From: an uncultured Actinomycetota bacterium | Lineage (GTDB): Bacteria > Actinomycetota > Actinomycetes > Actinomycetales > Microbacteriaceae | Assembly (NCBI GenBank): GCA_963848065.1 | Contig: CAWKBZ010000003.1 | Coordinates: 13,147 to 77,146 of the forward strand | Length of the DNA: 64,000 bases | Reading direction: 5' to 3' | In this document: positions 21,340 through 29,854 of the stretch, piece by piece | Layout: each line of letters starts with the position of its first letter | Position numbering within the stretch: position 1 is the first letter of the stretch | Position numbers and translations under genes: made by a program | Notes under the pieces: generated by a model | The model's database searches: none | Told to the model about the DNA's origin: nothing | Seen by the model: only the letters and a program-made list of their open reading frames with translations

Positions 21340-22777
21340 CCGGCTGCGCGACGGGTCGACTGCATCCGCCGGTATGCTGCGCTCTTGCTTTCGAGAAGGA
21401 TGGGTGTCTGCGTTCGATCGATATCGGGCGGCGGGGATAAGCCAGTACCGACTGTCGCGTCTCTCGATTTCCCATTCGTTGTTGTGAAACAGCAGGTGAT
21501 GATGCTTGCAGAGGAGTATGCCGTCGTCGATGTTTGTCGGGCCGGTATCCCGATGCCACTGGACTATGTGATGAGCCTCACACCAGGAGGGCGGCCGATC
21601 GCATCCGGGAGCCATGCAGCCGCCGTCCCGGGATTCGAGGGCTCTTCGCTGCTTTTTGGTGAATCTGCGCTGTTCGCGCCCCACGTCGAGCGGATTGCCG
21701 TTCTCGTTGAAGATGATGGGGACGATTCCGGCGGCGCACGCGATCCGCTCAACGGTTCTCATTGAGACGGGGTCGGGGTGCCCTTCGAGGTATCCCCTGC
21801 CATCCGGTCCGTTTGAACCAGCTGCGAGGTCTTCTTTGGTGACGAGCACGCGCACAGCGGGTACGGTGTCGCCGAGCATGAGGCTCGAGTCGGCAGAGAC
21901 TCCGGCGACGAGCAGGTGCAGGAACACGTCTGAGGCGATCTGCTCGGGCGTGCGCGGGTCGTCGAGAATGCTCTTCGCGGTGAGTTCGTCTCTCGTCTGG
22001 AAGCGTGGACCCCCGAGTTTGGGAGAGGTGACGCGATCGAAGACCTCTTTCGCTATGAGGTAGTCCTCGGGGTCCAGATCCCACGTGAGCCTGCCCATGC
22101 CATCCGGGAAGGGCGCGCAGACGAAGAGCGCGCCGCTCCCGCCGCTCCTTCTCGCGATCGGCGATTCCGCAGGCATCCAGTTCGTCGCGTTCGGCCCGGG
22201 CGCGCTTGTAGAGCCGGTCGGGGTCGAGGGTGGCGGCTGAGTCGCACAGGCGAGCCGCGGCATCCGCTATCGCCTGCGCGGGAACGTTGTCGGTGGGCGC
22301 ACCGAGCCCGTTGCGGATGGCGTCAGCTGCAGCGACAGAGAGCGTTCCGTTCGTGAGCGCGCGGGCGATGGGTGCGAGCCACGGCTCGGTTGGTGTTGAG
22401 AGCTCGCCCGTGACTGGGTCTGCTTCGCCCTCTGACTGTGCCTCGTGCACGAGCCGGCCGATGCGCACGGCTTTGGTGGCGTCCTGGCCGGTCGCGCCGG
22501 TTGTCACCCGCACCATCTCTTCTGGCGTGCGGTGGCCGTGCCTCTGCGCGAGCCCGTTGCTGCCGAGTTCTGGCCGGGAACGGTGCGCGATCTCCCCCGC
22601 GACGACAGCATTGACGGTCTGCGAAATGCGGTGGAGTTCGGTGGAGAGCCTGCAGACATCCGCTAGCTCAGCCTCGGACAACTGCCGGTACTCCCCCACG
22701 GTTGTCGGAACGCTCGCCGCAACATCCACTGACGCGGCAATGGCGTCGAGGAGGGTGGCGGTGGCGGTTGCGGTCAT
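21336..22777 (-). pseudogene. DUF222/HNH endonuclease (13E12-repeat-type); at least two frame disruptions
   Basis: N-terminal DUF222 part is in ORF 21749-22777. The HNH part (CMAPGCDRPPSWCEAHHIVQWH...LLCKHHHLLFH) is in ORF 21127-22263. The frame switches near 22110 (..RRALRLRA|PFPDGMGRL..). It switches again near 21435 (WLIPAA|DIDRTQTPILLESKS..AAG*), which gives a stop at 21336-21338. Confidence 0.7.
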
Positions 22778-22841
22778 GTGAGAATTCTCTCACATTCGAA
22801 GCTATGTTCGAAAGAGTTTTGAGGAATCTGTGGATAAGTTT

Positions 22842-23048
22842 TTAGTCCTCGACCCACTCGAGCAGCTCGCCGGGCTGGCACTGCAGGGTGCGGCACATGG
22901 CATCCAGTGTGCTGAATCGCACCGCTTTCGCGCGCCCGTTCTTGAGCACCGCGACGTTCGCGGGGGTGAGGCCGATGCGTTCGGCGAACTCCCCCACGCT
23001 CATTTTGCGTTTGGCGAGCTCGACATCGATCCGCACGATGATGGGCAT
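22842..23048 (-). CDS. XRE-family HTH transcriptional regulator (YozG-like)
   Basis: 68 aa. MSVGEFAERIGLTPANVAVLKNG. The start shares 1 nt with the stop of the upstream DUF2975 gene (TGATG). Confidence 0.8.
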   Translation of the reverse strand: MPIIVRIDVELAKRKMSVGEFAERIGLTPANVAVLKNGRAKAVRFSTLDAMCRTLQCQPGELLEWVED

Positions 23049-23545
23049 CAGATCACCTCTTCGAGGTCGCTGTGCAGGGTGGTCGCCTGCCGCAGCAGGG
23101 CCCGCATGATGACCATGAGCAGTACGAGTACGGCCCCGAAGAGCACGAGGCCGAAGAGTGCGATCGGGATGCCCGGGTCGCGCAGTTGCGGCGTGAAGTA
23201 GATGACCGCCGTGAGGTACGCGGCGAGGCCGGCCAGCAGCACCCAGCCGGCGATGAAGGTGTAGACGATCACATTCACCCAGGTCATGGATGCTTCGCTG
23301 AAGATCCGGTCTTTCGTCACCATTGCGAGAAGCTTCCAGATGCAGACGATGACGACCTGGATCGCGAGCACTCCGAGTTGCATGACAACGAAGATCGGCC
23401 ACAGCAGGTGGGCAGCTTCCGGCGCGCGCTCGAGGTCGTGGGCGAAGTCGCCGGGCAGGCTGAGCGTCTGCATGACGATGAGGAAGAGGAAGAGCGTCGC
23501 AAGGAAGACACGGAGCACGATCACGTGCCATTGAAGTTGCGCCAT
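23048..23545 (-). CDS. DUF2975-like membrane protein
   Basis: 165 aa with 4 TM helices. The DUF2975 + small XRE regulator pairing is a recurrent two-gene arrangement. Confidence 0.65.
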   Translation of the reverse strand: MAQLQWHVIVLRVFLATLFLFLIVMQTLSLPGDFAHDLERAPEAAHLLWPIFVVMQLGVLAIQVVIVCIWKLLAMVTKDRIFSEASMTWVNVIVYTFIAGWVLLAGLAAYLTAVIYFTPQLRDPGIPIALFGLVLFGAVLVLLMVIMRALLRQATTLHSDLEEVI

Positions 23546-23711
23546 GCATCGATCTTCAAGTGAAACCTATCGAATGTCAATAGGTCACACAACTACCGAT
23601 ACTGCTGCGCCCACCACTCCCCCAGACAGCTTCTGCAGCGCGCGGCATGCACAGTTGTGCTTGGCGTCCTGAGCCACGATCTGTCGATCGCTAGATTTCT
23701 CGAATCGACCG

Positions 23712-23993
23712 ATGGACAATGAGGGAGTGATCAGTGTGACGGAACCGCAGGTATGGGTGCTCATAGGCATCTTCGCCGCCGCAATGTTCGGCATGATCGG
23801 CATCGTCACCACGAGCTTCAACCGCACGCTGAGCGCCACAATCAACGGGCTGCGCGAAACGATGGACGCACGCTTCGAAACGATGGATGCCCGGTTTGAT
23901 GCTCTTGATGCGAAGTTCTCGGGCAAGTTCGAAGGGCTGGACCGTGACATCCAGGCGCTGTCCCGTCACGTGTTCGGCTCTGACCCGCACTAG
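23712..23993 (+). CDS. Hypothetical single-TM protein with MDARF(E/D) repeats
   Basis: 93 aa. One TM (VWVLIGIFAAAMFGMIGIV), then RETMDARFETMDARFDALDAKFSGKFEGL. Confidence 0.45.
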   Translation: MDNEGVISVTEPQVWVLIGIFAAAMFGMIGIVTTSFNRTLSATINGLRETMDARFETMDARFDALDAKFSGKFEGLDRDIQALSRHVFGSDPH

Positions 23994-24076
23994 CCCTTCG
24001 CGCTGCACGCCCCCTTCGTCAACCGGTTGAACCCCGCCACTCGCGGGTGTGGGCTGGGTAGCGGAAGGAGCAAATC

Positions 24077-24472
24077 ATGCCCGCTAAAGAGGAGTTGCCT
24101 GACACCCTCAGGCGCTCGGACAAGCACGCGCAGTCAGTGTGGTCGAAAGCCCACGATTCGGCGGTCGAGAGCTACGGCGAGGGTGAGCGCGCCCACCGCA
24201 CGGCGTTCTCGGCGCTCAAACACCAGTACGAGAAGGTCGGGGATCACTGGGAGCGTAAGAAGGAGAAGGGTCCGTCGGATGCGAAGGCGGCCGGCTCGCG
24301 CGGTACGAAGGCGAAAACCCAGGGCGGGGTCGACGCGAACGCGTCGAAGGAGCATCTCATGCAGTTGGCGCGCCGCCTCGATGTGCCTGGCCGGTCGAAG
24401 ATGAACAAGCCGGAACTGGTGGATGCCCTGCATAAGGCGAACGAGAGGGAAACCAGGAAGGCGCGGAAGTAG
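24077..24472 (+). CDS. ChaB-family protein with C-terminal Rho_N-like helix pair
   Basis: 131 aa. LPDTLRRSDKHAQSVWSKAHDSAVESYGEGERAHRTAFSALKH (ChaB). KPELVDALHKANE (Rho N-terminal-like). Confidence 0.7.
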   Translation: MPAKEELPDTLRRSDKHAQSVWSKAHDSAVESYGEGERAHRTAFSALKHQYEKVGDHWERKKEKGPSDAKAAGSRGTKAKTQGGVDANASKEHLMQLARRLDVPGRSKMNKPELVDALHKANERETRKARK

Positions 24473-24476
24473 CCAG

Positions 24477-25793
24477 CTAAGCCGTCGGCTCGACGTTGTG
24501 GTTGCAGCGGAAGACGTTGCCGGGGTCGTAGAGGGCTTTGGCACGCGCAAGCCGCTGGAGGGTGCCGGGCGGGTAGATGCTGCCGAGAACTTCCGGCCCC
24601 ACGGTGTTGAAGAAGTTGCCGTACCCGCCCTCGGTGTGTGGCACGACGGGTGCCCACGCCGAGTGCACGGTGTCGGCGTAGCCGGCGGCATCCGCTGGCA
24701 GCATCGCGGCGGAGATGATGAGGACTTCGGCGTCGCGGTGCGCGAATGCGGTCGCGTCGGCGGGAACTCGCGCGAATGCGCCGCCCAGGCTGCGGATCAT
24801 CAGCACGGCATTCAACCGAGCGCTGATGCTGCGATGGGCTGAGGCCAGAGCGTCGATGAGTTCGTCAGTGAACTCCCGCGCGAAGGCGTTGTTGCTGGCA
24901 ACGACGATGTCGTCGGGCAGGTCTTCGTTGTCGACCAGCAGCTCAGAATACGCGCGTCGGGCAAGGTCGTGCGACTGCATGCCGTCGAGTTCGAGCAGCG
25001 GCGCGAGCGCGGACATCGCGGCATCCACGTCGTCGCCCGGGTAGCAGCAGTGGATGACGTAGCCGCCGGGCATGTCCGGACCCATTGGTGGCGACGCCAG
25101 GAACGTGGTGTTGAGTTCGTCGGACGCCGCGCGCATGCAGTCGCGCCACGCCCGCAGCAGCTGCTCGAGGTTCTCTTCGCGGAACATGATCTTGCCGCCC
25201 ACAACCCCGGCGAGTGGATGCGCGACAAACGTGAAGCGCGTGACCACACCGAAATTGCCGCCCCCTCCCCGAATCGCCCAGAACAGTTCGGGTTCGCTGG
25301 TGTTGCTCGCGGTGACGATCGCACCTGACGCGGTGACGATTTCGGCTTCGACGAGGCTGTCGAGGGCGAGTCCGTGGTGGCGGACGAGCCAGCCGACTCC
25401 TCCCCCGAGGGTGAGCCCGCCGACGCCGACGCTCGTCGTGTCGCCCGACGAGATCGCCAGGCCGTGCGGGGTGAGCGCGGCCGCGACCGCGCCCCACGTC
25501 GCTCCCCCGCCGATGTGCACGCGGCGGCCGTCAACCGAGATCACGTTGAGAGCCTCGAGGTCGATCAGCAGGTGGTCAACGCCGACGGTGAACAGCGCGT
25601 GGGTGTGACCGCCGCCGAGCACGGAGACCGCGAGCCTGCGGTCGGTGGCAATCTTGATGGCGGCCACGACATCCACTGCTGTCTCTGCTTGCACGACGAG
25701 GGTCGGCAGGGTTCCGTGTGCGTAGAGCTCGCGGTAGCGCTCAAATGCCGCGTCTTCGTGCGAAATCACTCGTTCGCTCGGGTGTGCCGTCAT
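24477..25793 (-). CDS. FAD-binding (PCMH/BBE-type) oxidoreductase
   Basis: ATG at 25791-25793 (MTAHPSE...). FAD-binding region VSVLGGGHTHA...GGGATWG. C-terminal YGNFF...LARAKALYDPGNVFRCNHNV is the BBE-like tail. The upstream 145 codons of the ORF are rejected. Confidence 0.85.
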   Translation of the reverse strand: MTAHPSERVISHEDAAFERYRELYAHGTLPTLVVQAETAVDVVAAIKIATDRRLAVSVLGGGHTHALFTVGVDHLLIDLEALNVISVDGRRVHIGGGATWGAVAAALTPHGLAISSGDTTSVGVGGLTLGGGVGWLVRHHGLALDSLVEAEIVTASGAIVTASNTSEPELFWAIRGGGGNFGVVTRFTFVAHPLAGVVGGKIMFREENLEQLLRAWRDCMRAASDELNTTFLASPPMGPDMPGGYVIHCCYPGDDVDAAMSALAPLLELDGMQSHDLARRAYSELLVDNEDLPDDIVVASNNAFAREFTDELIDALASAHRSISARLNAVLMIRSLGGAFARVPADATAFAHRDAEVLIISAAMLPADAAGYADTVHSAWAPVVPHTEGGYGNFFNTVGPEVLGSIYPPGTLQRLARAKALYDPGNVFRCNHNVEPTA

Positions 25794-25836
25794 ACCAGCA
25801 GGATAAGAAGTGCGTGCGACACTCGCTGCGAACCGG

Positions 25837-27126
25837 TCAGGCTGAGGTTGCTCTGCGTGACCGCGCGAACAGCACGGCCCCCAGCCCGAGTACGCCAAGC
25901 AGCGCCGACCCCAGGAGCAGCGGTGAGGCATCCGCTCCCGTAGCGGCAAGAGCGGCGACATAGGTGAAGCCGGCGGTTCGTAGGGTCTCGCGTACAGGGC
26001 CGACGACTGCGACATCCACTGCACCGAGTGCATGGGCTGGAACAATTGCGGTGATTGTCGTGGAGTTGACCACCACGACCGATGTGCCCGGAACACCATC
26101 GAACGCCACAGTGGAGCCCCCGGCGAAGTTGACGCCAGAGATCGTGACGGCTGTGCCCTCGTGCCCGGTCGCAGGCGAGATGCCCGTGATGATCGGTCCT
26201 GCGGCATACACGGTGATCGTCGCGGCATCGTAATTGGCGACGTGCAGGTCGCCGAGGGGGCCGAGTGCGATGGAGAAAGGTCCGTTGATGCCGGTGAGCG
26301 CCCCGGCTACCGCATCGATCGGTGCAGCGGTGCCGGTCGCTCCAGGCGCGTAAACGAAGATCGAGCCACTGAGATAGCCGGCGACATAGATTTCGCCCTG
26401 GCTGTTCACTTTGACATCGTAGGCACTGCTGGCGTCAGGGGAAACATCGAGGGTGCGTAGTGGTGCCACATTCCCGTCGGCTGTGCCGCTGTACACCGTC
26501 ACGGCTGCGTTATTGAAGTTCATAACAACTATGTCGCCGTTGGGAGCAATGGAGATGCCGGTTGGCCAGTTCAGCATCGTTGCCGCTCCGGCGATGGTTC
26601 GAAGTGGTACGGCCGCGCCATCCGCCCCGGCCGCGAACACCGCGATGGTCGAGTTGTTCATCGCCACATACACCCTTTCGGATGCGTCCAACGCGACTGC
26701 CAAAGGCTGACCAGCCAGGCCGGTGATGGCTCGGATGGGCGCGACGTCACCGTTGGCGGCCGCGCTGAACACGGCAACCCTGTTATTGCCGTTGGATGCA
26801 ACATAGATGTTGCCGCTGCTGTCAAGGGCGAGTCGTTCGGGCAAGGCCAGTGTCGTGTTCACGCCGGAGATTACTCGGAAGGGAGCGACGTTGCCGTTGG
26901 CCCCTGCCGCCCACACCTGGATGCGCGCAGCACCATTATGGTCGGCGGCGTAGATCGCTCCGCCCGGGTCGACGGCGAGCCCTCTTACCTGGCCGACATC
27001 GGCTGTCGCCCCGCCAATCGTGCGGTCGGGGGGCATGTCGGCCGCAGTGGCCGTGGACGGTACTGCACCCAGAACAAGCAAGGCGGCGACGGCGGCAACG
27101 AGTGCGGATTTGGTGACTGCCTGCAT
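25837..27126 (-). CDS. Secreted NHL-repeat beta-propeller + IPT/TIG domain surface protein with LAATG sorting signal (paralog 1)
   Basis: Signal peptide. Repeated G.IYVA..... units with V..FA.GA.G.VAP.R.I motifs. IPT-like GTAVTISGVNFAGGSTVAFDG. C-terminal LAATG + TM + RSRR. Confidence 0.7.
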   Translation of the reverse strand: MQAVTKSALVAAVAALLVLGAVPSTATAADMPPDRTIGGATADVGQVRGLAVDPGGAIYAADHNGAARIQVWAAGANGNVAPFRVISGVNTTLALPERLALDSSGNIYVASNGNNRVAVFSAAANGDVAPIRAITGLAGQPLAVALDASERVYVAMNNSTIAVFAAGADGAAVPLRTIAGAATMLNWPTGISIAPNGDIVVMNFNNAAVTVYSGTADGNVAPLRTLDVSPDASSAYDVKVNSQGEIYVAGYLSGSIFVYAPGATGTAAPIDAVAGALTGINGPFSIALGPLGDLHVANYDAATITVYAAGPIITGISPATGHEGTAVTISGVNFAGGSTVAFDGVPGTSVVVVNSTTITAIVPAHALGAVDVAVVGPVRETLRTAGFTYVAALAATGADASPLLLGSALLGVLGLGAVLFARSRRATSA

Positions 27127-27203
27127 GCTCGGATCCTTCCGATGTACGGATGCGCCTGAAACATGCTCAACGCAGGCTCAGGGTAGCGCACAATGGGTGC
27201 CCA

Positions 27204-28499
27204 TCACGCGGTTCTGCCGCGAACCCGCCTTCGTGCGGCTACTCCGAGCGCCAGCAGAAGTACCGCGATGCCAGCGAGCGCAGCCGATCCTTCTGCTCCG
27301 GTCGCCGCCAGCGTGGCTGCTTCTATCGTGACGCCGTTGGCGAGGGTGGCGACGCCGCCCGGGGTGGTGATGGTGACATCCACCGCACCGAGGTCGAGTG
27401 TCGGCAGCACGGCGGTGACCGTTGTCGTGTTCACAAAGGTGATGGATGTCGCGGCGATTCCGCCGAAGGTCACCGTCGTGCCGGGCGTGAAGTTGTAGCC
27501 GCGAATCGTGACGACATCGCCGGAGGCGGCGGTGGCAGGAGAAACGGAGGTGACTGCCGGTGCGGTGCCGTACACGGTGATGGCGCTCGTGTTGTAGTTG
27601 CCGGCGTAGATGTTTCCGGCCGAATCGGTGGTCACCACAAACGGCGCAGCCAATCCGGTCGATGGCCCGTCGATGGTGCGCACCGGTGCGACGTTGCCGT
27701 CCGCACCGGGTGAGAACACGAGCAGCGCATAGCTCACGTAGCTTGCGACGACAAGTTCGCCGACCGGGTTCAACTCGAGGTCGTAGATGAACGACATTTC
27801 GGTAAGGCCGCCGGAGATCGTTCGGATTGGTGCGACGTTGCCGTCTGCTGTTGCCGAGTACACGGTGACCGTGTTGCCGCTATTCGCGACGTAGAGTTCG
27901 CCCGATGGCGCGATGCTCATGCCTCTTGGGAGGTCAAGCAGTGTGAGGCCGCCATTGATGGTGCGCTCTGGTGTGACATCGCCGCCCGCCCCTGGTGCGA
28001 AAACGAACACAGAGCCGCCGTAATCGGCCGCATAGATGTTGCCCGCGTCATCCACTGCGATTCCTCGGACGGTGACCAAACCGGTGCTGGCTCCCGCAAT
28101 CGTTCGGGTCGGTGCCACATCACCATCGGCACCGGCAGCGAAGATGACAATCGTGTCGGAATCCACGACATAGATGTTGCCGGCGGCGTCAACGTCGAGA
28201 TCCTGGATGGACTGAAGCTGGGTGGCTGCACCGGTGATCGTGCGCCCCGGCGCAGCATCACCGTCGGCTCCTGGGGCAAACACACGAATCGCAGGTGGGC
28301 TGCTGGACACACTCACGTAAACGGCGCCGGAGTTGTCGACGGCGATTCCCCGGACGGAGTGGTTGCCGATCAGAGAACTGTCGATGGTGCGGTCCGGCGG
28401 GGTGTCGGCCGCGTGCGCTGCGGTCGGCAAGCCAAGAAGGAGAAGTGTGGATGCCGCGGCGACAGCAATTGTTCGGACTAGCGGTCGTGCGATCTTCAA
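27204..28499 (-). CDS. NHL-repeat + IPT/TIG surface protein, LAATG sorting signal (paralog 2)
   Basis: 431 aa. Same architecture as paralog 1. C-terminal ATLAATGAEG + TM + RRRVRGR. Confidence 0.7.
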   Translation of the reverse strand: MKIARPLVRTIAVAAASTLLLLGLPTAAHAADTPPDRTIDSSLIGNHSVRGIAVDNSGAVYVSVSSSPPAIRVFAPGADGDAAPGRTITGAATQLQSIQDLDVDAAGNIYVVDSDTIVIFAAGADGDVAPTRTIAGASTGLVTVRGIAVDDAGNIYAADYGGSVFVFAPGAGGDVTPERTINGGLTLLDLPRGMSIAPSGELYVANSGNTVTVYSATADGNVAPIRTISGGLTEMSFIYDLELNPVGELVVASYVSYALLVFSPGADGNVAPVRTIDGPSTGLAAPFVVTTDSAGNIYAGNYNTSAITVYGTAPAVTSVSPATAASGDVVTIRGYNFTPGTTVTFGGIAATSITFVNTTTVTAVLPTLDLGAVDVTITTPGGVATLANGVTIEAATLAATGAEGSAALAGIAVLLLALGVAARRRVRGRTA

Positions 28500-28540
28500 C
28501 TTATCCCCTTGGTGATGAAACGCTTTCGTGCCTCAGGAGC

Positions 28541-28730
28541 CTAGTGCACTACTCGCCGGCGGTGGGCGTCACGGGTTGTGCGTGTCACGGCAAGTCCACC
28601 GACATCGACCGCTCCGACGGCGTGTGCCGGAGCGACAGCCGTGATCGTGGTCGCGTTGACGACCACCGAAGTGGCGGGGATGCCATCGAATGTCACGGTG
28701 GAGCCGCCAGCGAAGTTGATGCTTGGTGTT
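28541..28730 (-). pseudogene. Orphan IPT/TIG-domain fragment of a further NHL/IPT paralog
   Basis: The minus strand reads SINFAGGSTVTFDGIPATSVVVNATTITAVAPAHAVGAVDV..., colinear with ISGVNFAGGSTVAFDGVPGTSVVVVNSTTITAIVPAHALGAVDV of paralog 1. There is no propeller upstream and no sorting signal downstream. Confidence 0.55.
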
Positions 28731-28851
28731 CGCCAATCCGACGGGCAGTATGAAAGAAACGGAGTTGCATCGGGGCGATTAGTCGGTCGAGGCCGCGCTC
28801 ACACCGCCAGGACTCGGCGAAGTCCGGCATCCACCTCGCTCATCAGGACGG

Positions 28852-29250
28852 TCACCGGCTGGACCACAACGTGCGCACTCCACCCAGTGTGCCGAACACG
28901 GGGTCCGAGGTGACGAGGGTGACGCTTTCGGTGATGCTTTGTGCGGCGAGGAGCCGGTCGAACGGGTCGCGGTGATCCCAGGAGAGTTCGCCCGCGACGA
29001 TGCCGTGATGACCTGTGATTGCGATCTCCTGGGCGCCCAGCGTGTGCAGGAAGTCTTGGTAGGCCAGTAGCAGCCGCTGCGCCTCCGGGAACTTGCCGAT
29101 GCGGTGCTTCGTGGCCAACTCGAACGCGGTGACGGCCGACACGTACAGGTCGTTGGCCGGATCTCGCAGACGTTCCAGTGTCTCGGCGGGGATTCGGTCG
29201 GGTTCTGCGAGCATCCAGACAAGTACGTGCGTGTCGACGAGCAGCTTCAC
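28852..29250 (-). CDS. vapC: VapC-type PIN-domain toxin
   Basis: GTG at 29248-29250. 132 aa. PIN acidic residues in LLVDTH, TAFELA, DPFDRLLAAQS and TSDPVF. 4-nt overlap with the antitoxin stop. Confidence 0.8.
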   Translation of the reverse strand: MKLLVDTHVLVWMLAEPDRIPAETLERLRDPANDLYVSAVTAFELATKHRIGKFPEAQRLLLAYQDFLHTLGAQEIAITGHHGIVAGELSWDHRDPFDRLLAAQSITESVTLVTSDPVFGTLGGVRTLWSSR

Positions 29251-29477
29251 CGGCCTTCCCACCGGTCCAGTTCGTCTGCCGGCAGCGAGTCGAAGAACGA
29301 TTCGGGCAGCGTTAGGTCTGGAACGAACCCAACCTGGCGGTGCGTCGGGGCAACGGCAGTGAGTCGGGCCACGGGCTTGCCTCCTCGGGCGATGACGATC
29401 TCGTCGCCGCGTTCGACTCGGGCCAGCAGCTCCGACAGCCGGGTCTTCGCATCCTGAACATTCACTTGTTCGATCAT
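29247..29477 (-). CDS. Phd/YefM-type antitoxin
   Basis: 76 aa from ATG 29475-29477. MIEQVNVQDAKTRLSELLARVERGDEIVIARGGKPVARL. Confidence 0.75.
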   Translation of the reverse strand: MIEQVNVQDAKTRLSELLARVERGDEIVIARGGKPVARLTAVAPTHRQVGFVPDLTLPESFFDSLPADELDRWEGR

Positions 29478-29500
29478 GTTGACCAAGTTTAGTTGACCAA
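29478..29500 (-). promoter_or_regulatory. Direct repeat TTGGTCAAC-N5-TTGGTCAAC abutting the antitoxin ATG (candidate autoregulatory operator)
   Basis: The minus strand reads TTGGTCAACTAAACTTGGTCAACATG. The second copy ends at position -1, leaving no room for an SD. Confidence 0.35.
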
Positions 29501-29854
29501 CTAGTCGCACCAGGAGCTCCAAGTGGGGTTGCGTGGATTCTCGGATGCCATGCGTCGACACTACGAATTTCTCCAGGCATCACCTCACCTGCACTTCAGA
29601 ACCGTGGAGAACGTGGCACAACACAGACTGTGGATGAGTATGTGCCACGTCTTGGGCGCAGCGCCTCGCTAGGCAGTAGTCGCTCGACTTCAGCCGGCGA
29701 GCGAGAGGATCTCCGGCCGCGGCTTCTGCCGTTCCACCCACAGGTCGTAGCTGGTTTGCATGCCGAGCCACAGTTCGGCGCTTGTGCCAAGCAGGTGCTG
29801 ACGTCGCCCAGATAGTCGCCCCTGAACTTGTCGAAGGGCGTAGCCGACTTGTAG

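Noticed and set aside
25794-26228. N-terminal extension of the FAD oxidoreductase ORF (to 26228)
   Set aside because: It overlaps the 3' part of the NHL/IPT paralog 1 gene in another frame, and its product is Pro/Ser/Arg-rich. The conserved protein starts at MTAHPSE (25793).
28852-29583. Single 243-aa ORF covering both the vapC and phd regions
   Set aside because: The upstream two thirds is an out-of-frame read-through of the antitoxin gene. The PIN domain starts at GTG 29250, with the classic 4-nt overlap.
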